Shown here: piece by piece, positions 1-3,792 of the stretch
Layout: every line of letters starts with the position of its first letter
How positions within the stretch are numbered: position 1 is the stretch's first letter
From: a virus
Reading direction: 5' to 3' (one strand)
Virus record (IMG/VR): IMGVR_UViG_3300045988_001497
Span: 1 to 6,156 of that record
DNA: 6,156 nucleotides
Program-made: the position numbers and the translations under genes
Notes under the pieces: model-generated
The model's input: the letters and a program-made list of their open reading frames with translations, nothing else
What the model was told of the DNA's origin: nothing
Database searches by the model: none

Positions 1-99
1 AATAATCCTTGCTAGAGAACTGTACCACCTCTTTCCAGCGCTGTAAGTATTCAGTAGCACGAATAGACAATGCAGATAAATCAGAATTAAGAGCAAGAA
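1..99. repeat. Terminal redundancy, copy 1 (identical to 6058-6156); wrap-around of a circular 6057-nt genome
   Basis: Base-by-base comparison shows 1-99 (aataatccttgctagagaac...gagcaagaa) equals 6058-6156 exactly. The identity runs to both window edges, so 99 nt is a minimum set by the window. The VP1 reading frame is continuous across the junction. Confidence 0.97.
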
Positions 100-1063
100 C
101 ACGAATAGAGCCAGTAGTATTACCATAAGAAGTAGCTAAAGAAGTAGCACTAGCAGGATTTTGAACCAGTGAAGCCGCAGAGCCTTCTTTATAAGGTGAA
201 TTACGAGCAACAACAGCATTAGAACCACCAACAGATGGAATATACGAAGGTAATACAGCTACCGAACCATATTGAGAAGCAGGAAGCATACCCATAAAGT
301 AGTCCTTCGGATAGTTTGCATAGCGTAACTGAACCATATCCGTAACCAATCCAATAGTACCAACACCGGACCAATAGTCTACATTATAGGCATAAGCTTT
401 GTGCTTCTCCCATTGAGAATTGCTGAAAAAATCATAATAGATTTTCTGATAAGCAAGGAATGGAAGAGCATTGACTATCTGTGAAGTCTGATAAACCAAA
501 GGATTATCAGTATCACCAAGACTGTCAACACCTAGATATTTTTTAGTAATAGCAGCCTTAGCTGTATTAGTACTAGCAATCAAAGAACCATAACCAAGCA
601 TATCAAGTAACTTGCAAGAACCATAGACAATAGGAAGTCCAGCATCGTCACGAGTATTAGTCTGGTCATTAGCATTAGCCGTCTGAAGAAACAAGCTAAG
701 GACCTGCTGAGAAACATTAGGCACAGAAGTAAGTACAGATGTATTCTCAGTAGAACTAGATGCACTAGTCATATAGTCCGTCATCTGAGTAAACGCCTGC
801 GGAAGCGCACGGGAAATCAGACGTAACGGCACAGCGTAAAAATCATAATATTCCTTGATACGGGTATAAGCAGCGGTATTTACCGGAACAGTACGGGTAA
901 ACCAATCCGAAGAAATACGATACTTATTACCAGGAATAGCAATCTGCCAATAACAAGGAAGAATTTCACCAACTTTGGCTGTAAACAACTTTTTCGAGCT
1001 CAAGTCGAAGGAAGACCGATGAGTAGAAATACTAGCTCGGTCTAAAGGATTAAAATCACTCAT
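1..1063 (-). CDS. VP1: Major capsid protein VP1 (Microviridae F-like), N-terminal 354 codons; continues across the circular junction into 6057..5366
   Basis: ATG at 1063-1061. I translated the frame by hand down to position 1 and found no stop. It begins MSDFNPLDRASISTHRSSFDLSSKKLFTAKVGEILPCYWQIAIPGNKYRISSDWFTRTVPVNTAAYTRIKEYYDFYAVPLRL and later contains NALPFLAYQKIYYDFF and LRYANYPKDYF. These are hallmark microvirus capsid motifs (SFDLS, PGD/N, AYQKIYxDyy, KDYF). The frame joins the track ORF 5366-6127 exactly, whose leading M is really an internal TTG Leu at position 70. The ORF track missed this part because it runs off the window edge. Full protein is 584 aa. Confidence 0.93.
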   Translation of the reverse strand, partial: MSDFNPLDRASISTHRSSFDLSSKKLFTAKVGEILPCYWQIAIPGNKYRISSDWFTRTVPVNTAAYTRIKEYYDFYAVPLRLISRALPQAFTQMTDYMTSASSSTENTSVLTSVPNVSQQVLSLFLQTANANDQTNTRDDAGLPIVYGSCKLLDMLGYGSLIASTNTAKAAITKKYLGVDSLGDTDNPLVYQTSQIVNALPFLAYQKIYYDFFSNSQWEKHKAYAYNVDYWSGVGTIGLVTDMVQLRYANYPKDYFMGMLPASQYGSVAVLPSYIPSVGGSNAVVARNSPYKEGSAASLVQNPASATSLATSYGNTTGSIRVLALNSDLSALSIRATEYLQRWKEVVQFSSKDY

Positions 1064-1090
1064 AATGTAGTAAATTAAAATTTATAAAGA

Positions 1091-2770
1091 TTAAACCATA
1101 CGGTTAAAAATATTATTAGCATCATTAAGTTTCTTGTGCTTAATCATATCACGACAGAATGTCGCACTACGGTACCGGAGCTGCTCAAGGAGTTGAACCG
1201 TTTCACTTGATACGGCCTGCAAGACATCAATCTCCTGCCCGTTCTGAGGCAACGCAAACATACAATCCGATATGTCCGGGTTAGCGGAACGTAAGTCGAA
1301 TACATCTCGTAAACTTTCATAATCCTTTTTCTTCTCATACTCTATGCCTGTTTTAATGATAAACATAATACGACCGGAGTAAGCACTAACATCAGAACCG
1401 AAGCCAGGCAGATGCCAATTACGGAAGAATTTATAGACATATAAGAACAACCGATATAACTTATTAATATAAGATTCAATATCGACATCACTAGAACAGT
1501 TAACAAACCTAGTAAGACACCGAGAAGCATGTAATATAATCTTGTCATCATCAGTAAGAATAGAATGAACCTTAAGGTATTGATAATAAGCACGGACAAG
1601 ACTCAAGACCGAGTCCTGTTTATAGTCAATGAACCCGAATTTTGCAATTCTCTGCGGCGTTCGGTGAACAGCGCAAAGAACTCGAATAATCGCAGTAGCA
1701 TCGTCATTGCGAGCAGACGAGAACCGCGGCAATAAGGTACGGATATACGACAGGGGTGGAGTTGAGCAAACACTGACGCCATTGAAATTATAGACTCTTC
1801 CATTAACAACAGAATCGATCTTCTCTTCAATTTTCGCATAAGGGTCTTCGTCTTCCACGAAAGAGCAACCCTTCTCAAAGAATCCAACGGATGCTCTTGA
1901 TTTGGGTCTAAACGCGCGGCATGATCTATATAATAAGGGAGCAGAACACAGGCTATTAACGTAGCTCGCAACGTATGAACAAGCTCCACCTGCGGAACGT
2001 TGGAAATCTGAACGACCGAGTTTCCAACTCTTATCGTGACAGTATCGTAAAACCTGGGCGACTTTGTCCGAGTTTGTGAATAATAAGAGATGATAATGCG
2101 GGCGGAAATGCACGGGTCCGTATTCACCCACAGCGTAGAAATGTAACGGTTCATAAGATCCTAATTTTAAAGATAAATGTTTACGTAATCGTTTAATATA
2201 ATTCTGAACATCCACATAATTTAAGAAGGGAATAAGGTTATCACGACCATATTGTTCAGAAGCAGGATAGTCCGTTTTGTCAACGGCTTGTGTCTTACTG
2301 ATAAAACTACGAATAGCATCCATACTAAGAAACCAATTATCCTTAACAGGAACATATTCCTTAATTTCACGGTCAAACGGCACAGTACCTTGAACTTGCT
2401 CGAAGAATATATGACGCAACATGGAGTCAGCATCACATTGATATTCAGAAACAGGGATATATTGATGATGCTCATTACCAAAATGAATATCTCCTAAAAT
2501 GCCTAAGGCATCCTCATAATCACTGTGAAGAACCTTACAATTCATAAGAGGAATGTGTACATTATCATAAGTAAGCGTTACAAAATAAGAGTACTTAAAA
2601 GCACTTCCAGCGGTCTTCACGCGCATGGACGCCTTTTTAGCACGCTTATGGATACAATAATCGCATTGACCACAATCCACGGCAATGCGTGCACCAGTGT
2701 ACCTGTTCGTAATAAAAGAACGGTGTTGACAATGATCAACAGCCTTAAACAATTCAGGAGAAAATTTCAT
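1091..2770 (-). CDS. VP4: Rolling-circle replication initiation protein VP4 (HUH endonuclease, phiX gene A family), 559 aa
   Basis: Track ORF 1091-2776. I prefer the ATG at 2770-2768 (MKFSPELF) over the GVG-type alternative start, a GTG at 2776. Motif 1 is FVTLTY (nt 2584-2567). Motif 2 is RPHYHLLLF (HYHLLLF at nt 2098-2078). Motif 3 is the two-tyrosine YVASYVNS (nt 1975-1952), compared with YVAKYVNK as I recall it for phiX A protein. There is an N-terminal Cys cluster DCGQCDYC and an LNYVDVQNYIKRLRK segment typical of microvirus Reps. Confidence 0.93.
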   Translation of the reverse strand: MKFSPELFKAVDHCQHRSFITNRYTGARIAVDCGQCDYCIHKRAKKASMRVKTAGSAFKYSYFVTLTYDNVHIPLMNCKVLHSDYEDALGILGDIHFGNEHHQYIPVSEYQCDADSMLRHIFFEQVQGTVPFDREIKEYVPVKDNWFLSMDAIRSFISKTQAVDKTDYPASEQYGRDNLIPFLNYVDVQNYIKRLRKHLSLKLGSYEPLHFYAVGEYGPVHFRPHYHLLLFTNSDKVAQVLRYCHDKSWKLGRSDFQRSAGGACSYVASYVNSLCSAPLLYRSCRAFRPKSRASVGFFEKGCSFVEDEDPYAKIEEKIDSVVNGRVYNFNGVSVCSTPPLSYIRTLLPRFSSARNDDATAIIRVLCAVHRTPQRIAKFGFIDYKQDSVLSLVRAYYQYLKVHSILTDDDKIILHASRCLTRFVNCSSDVDIESYINKLYRLFLYVYKFFRNWHLPGFGSDVSAYSGRIMFIIKTGIEYEKKKDYESLRDVFDLRSANPDISDCMFALPQNGQEIDVLQAVSSETVQLLEQLRYRSATFCRDMIKHKKLNDANNIFNRMV

Positions 2771-2772
2771 AA

Positions 2773-3081
2773 TCACTTACGTTTATCAATCACGTGATGC
2801 CGATCACGACTACAAAATGAAATATGAATAAACGTAGGATATAATATCAACTGGTCAAATGTGTGAACATCATCTGAAAAAGTATGGATACATTCGAGCA
2901 ATCGATTATAAGTAGTAGAACCATAAGGTTTTATATCAACAGCTTCACCTACAAGATGCTGGGAAGTCGGAACACCTCCAGCAGCCTCATTCTGTTCGGG
3001 AGTACGTCTAGCGCTAGTTACCGTAAAATGAGTATTAGAATGCAACAGGTACTCAAAAAAATGCATAAGAATATAATTCAT
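2773..3081 (-). CDS. Peptidase M15 family (zinc D-Ala-D-Ala carboxypeptidase / L-alanoyl-D-glutamate peptidase-like), putative endolysin, 102 aa
   Basis: The translation contains FTVTSARRTPEQNEAAGGVPTSQHLVGEAVDI followed by PTFIHISF. This matches the M15 / LAS-type pattern S-x-R-x-P-x-x-N...G...SxHxxGxAxD, plus a distal His. The inferred Zn ligands are H42, D49 and H86. No N-terminal signal peptide is evident. The start ATG 3081-3079 overlaps the upstream stop (ATGA). The stop TGA 2775-2773 lies 2 nt before the VP4 ATG. Confidence 0.85.
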   Translation of the reverse strand: MNYILMHFFEYLLHSNTHFTVTSARRTPEQNEAAGGVPTSQHLVGEAVDIKPYGSTTYNRLLECIHTFSDDVHTFDQLILYPTFIHISFCSRDRHHVIDKRK

Positions 3082-3161
3082 AATCCAATAGCATTAAGAA
3101 TATAACCAAGAGCAGCAGATACAGCGCCAATTACAATTTTCCAAATATTATTAGTTTTCAT
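3078..3161 (-). CDS. 27-aa single-pass membrane peptide, holin/pinholin-like candidate (MKTNNIWKIVIGAVSAALGYILNAIGL)
   Basis: This is the C-terminal part of track ORF 3078-3302, starting at the ATG at 3161-3159. It has a short polar, Lys-containing N-terminus. A roughly 19-residue hydrophobic stretch follows, with small-xxx-small spacing (GAVSAALG). Third codon positions are T-rich, as in the confirmed genes. The stop overlaps the peptidase start as ATGA. Otherwise this stretch would be about 70 nt of unexplained sequence in a tightly packed genome. An alternative in-frame ATG lies at 3191. Confidence 0.5.
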   Translation of the reverse strand: MKTNNIWKIVIGAVSAALGYILNAIGL

Positions 3162-3345
3162 TAGTTTGGGCTTTAAGTTCAACAAAATCATTCTCTTCTT
3201 TAATTGAATCCACAATAACAATAAGGCCCAACGAAGAAACTCGTTCAGAATAGTTTCCAAGACCGTCGAGAGAATTAACGATATAAGGCGAAACAACATC
3301 ACGGCCAGTGGTTTTGTCCTTAACTGAGATAATAAATTTTTGCAT
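3151..3345 (-). CDS. Hypothetical 64-aa protein, first ORF downstream of the predicted promoter (MQKFIISVKDKTTGRDVVSPYIVNSLDGLGNYSERVSSLGLIVIVDSIKEENDFVELKAQTNEN)
   Basis: This is the internal ATG (3345-3343) of track ORF 3151-3426; the longer version would run through the promoter. Codon pattern is G-rich at position 1 and T-rich at position 3, matching VP1. The residue composition is balanced and not an off-frame Leu/Ile/Phe-rich artefact. I recognise no family motif. It overlaps the next ORF by 11 nt. Confidence 0.5.
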   Translation of the reverse strand: MQKFIISVKDKTTGRDVVSPYIVNSLDGLGNYSERVSSLGLIVIVDSIKEENDFVELKAQTNEN

Positions 3346-3396
3346 AATTTTAATAAATTTTAAAATGTTAATAATAGTTGTAACTTCTAACGGAGG

Positions 3397-3427
3397 CAAA
3401 GGTATGACTTTTTTTCGTATTTCCAAA
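3397..3427 (-). promoter_or_regulatory. Bacteroides-type promoter: -33 TTTG, 19-nt spacer, -7 TAccTTTG
   Basis: The minus strand reads TTTG (3427-3424), then gaaatacgaaaaaaagtca, then TACCTTTG (3404-3397). This fits the published Bacteroides sigma-AB consensus of TTTG at -33 and TAnnTTTG at -7 with the expected spacing. In my read of the non-coding regions I saw no other TAnnTTTG in this sense. It sits about 50 nt upstream of the first ATG (3345). Confidence 0.5.
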
Positions 3428-3477
3428 TATTCTCTTTTAGGAATTGTGGGGATAGGACCATTTTGGGACGGAGTGTG

Positions 3478-3545
3478 AGTTGTGCGTTTATGGACGAGAG
3501 AAAACGAAATTGAGATGGTAACTCAATTTTCCTTCGGACACAACT
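3478..3545. other. 68-nt cloverleaf-like four-way junction (tRNA-like shape, non-canonical), function unknown
   Basis: The closing stem is AGTTGTG (3478-3484) paired with CACAACT (3539-3545), 7 bp. Arm 1 is CGTTT (3485-3489) with AAACG (3502-3506) and a 12-nt loop. Arm 2 is AAATTGAG (3507-3514) with CTCAATTT (3522-3529) and a 7-nt loop ATGGTAA. Arm 3 is TCC-TTC-GGA (3530-3538). All pairs are Watson-Crick and there are no unpaired junction nucleotides. Confidence 0.45.
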
Positions 3546-3560
3546 AGGGGCTTCGCTTGA

Positions 3561-3601
3561 ATAAAACAAAAAGTCCTAGATCCATTACTAATAGATCCAG
3601 G
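3561..3601 (-). terminator. Weak intrinsic-terminator candidate: imperfect 27-nt palindrome followed by a T-tract (minus sense)
   Basis: CCTAGATCCATTACTAATAGATCCAGG (3575-3601) folds into a 13-position stem with two A.C mismatches. In the minus sense it is followed by ACTTTTTGTTTTAT (3574-3561). The stem is AT-rich, so it is weak. Confidence 0.3.
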
Positions 3602-3631
3602 GCGTGGATGTATACAAAGGTGTATAGGCAC

Positions 3632-3653
3632 GGCAGGTCAGATAGAACCTGCC
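3632..3653. other. Perfect hairpin GGCAGGT-cagataga-ACCTGCC
   Basis: A 7-bp Watson-Crick stem (3632-3638 with 3647-3653) and an 8-nt loop, read directly from the sequence. Confidence 0.6.
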
Positions 3654-3656
3654 TTT

Positions 3657-3670
3657 GCGCGCCTTCGCGC
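3657..3670. other. GC hairpin GCGCG-CCTT-CGCGC
   Basis: A 5-bp all-GC stem (3657-3661 with 3666-3670) and a 4-nt loop, 3 nt after the preceding hairpin. Confidence 0.5.
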
Positions 3671-3722
3671 TAAAATACCGGAGCGGAACGCTCCTATAAG
3701 GAAGTCGCTCCGCTCCGTTTTT
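3671..3722. terminator. Long GC-rich hairpin flanked by A-tract and T-tract: candidate bidirectional intrinsic terminator for the VP1-VP3-VP2 transcript
   Basis: CGGAGCGGA (3679-3687) pairs with TCCGCTCCG (3709-3717), 9 bp. It can extend inward with CG/CG and CTCC/GGAAG around a TATAA loop. On the plus strand TTTTT follows (3718-3722). In the minus (gene) sense GTATTTTA follows (3678-3671). It lies 76-114 nt downstream of the VP2 stop. Confidence 0.4.
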
Positions 3723-3729
3723 AGACCAG

Positions 3730-3776
3730 GCCCTACGCGGGCGGCGGGTGTATATCGCTCAAACGCCGCGATGGGC
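3730..3776. other. GC-clamped hairpin with an AT-containing loop, immediately after the VP2 stop; candidate origin element
   Basis: GCCC (3730-3733) pairs with GGGC (3773-3776). After a 2x2 internal loop, CGCGG (3736-3740) pairs with CCGCG (3766-3770). An alternative register is GCGGCG with CGCCGC. The loop in virion sense reads TTTGAGCGATATACACC. Confidence 0.45.
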
Positions 3777-3792
3777 TTTTAGTCTTATGTTA

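Noticed and set aside
1-99. Biological terminal repeat (LTR/ITR/att-type direct repeat)
   Set aside because: The repeat lies inside the VP1 coding sequence, and the frame is continuous across it. That is what a circular genome cut arbitrarily and over-extended would produce.
1064-1090. Second promoter in the short A/T-rich VP4-VP1 gap (TAAATTTT resembles TAnnTTTG)
   Set aside because: The last base is T, not G. There is no TTTG at the right upstream spacing. The motif lies only about 13 nt from the ATG. The evidence is insufficient.
1342-1599. 85-aa extremely hydrophobic ORF in an alternative frame of VP4, a possible phiX E-like amurin. Similar ORFs lie at 1144-1338, 2221-2481 and 580-765.
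   Set aside because: It starts at TTG, not ATG. The Leu/Ile/Val/Met-rich composition is what frame-shifted reading of these T-rich genes produces everywhere in the genome. A dedicated peptidase module already explains lysis.
3078-3302. Full 74-aa version of the TM ORF, which has three hydrophobic segments and would be a classic-sized holin overprinted on the 64-aa ORF
   Set aside because: Upstream of 3161 this frame has G-rich third codon positions, because they are the first positions of the 64-aa ORF frame. Confirmed genes are T-rich at third positions. The Leu/Ile/Phe-rich sequence is typical off-frame translation. Only the non-overlapped 27-aa C-terminal part shows coding-like bias. I kept the longer form only as an alternative start possibility.
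3478-3545. Calling the cloverleaf a tRNA gene (anticodon-like loops GGT on the plus strand and ACC on the minus strand)
   Set aside because: The central stem is 8 bp instead of 5. One arm is reduced to 9 nt and another has a 12-nt loop. There is no GG in a D-loop, no GTTCRA T-loop, no spacer nucleotides at positions 8-9 or 26, and no variable loop. I report it as a structure, not as a tRNA.
3387-3569. 60-aa minus-strand ORF in the non-coding region
   Set aside because: It runs through the cloverleaf and the predicted promoter. It has no coding-like codon bias or recognisable motif, and it would start upstream of the only promoter candidate.
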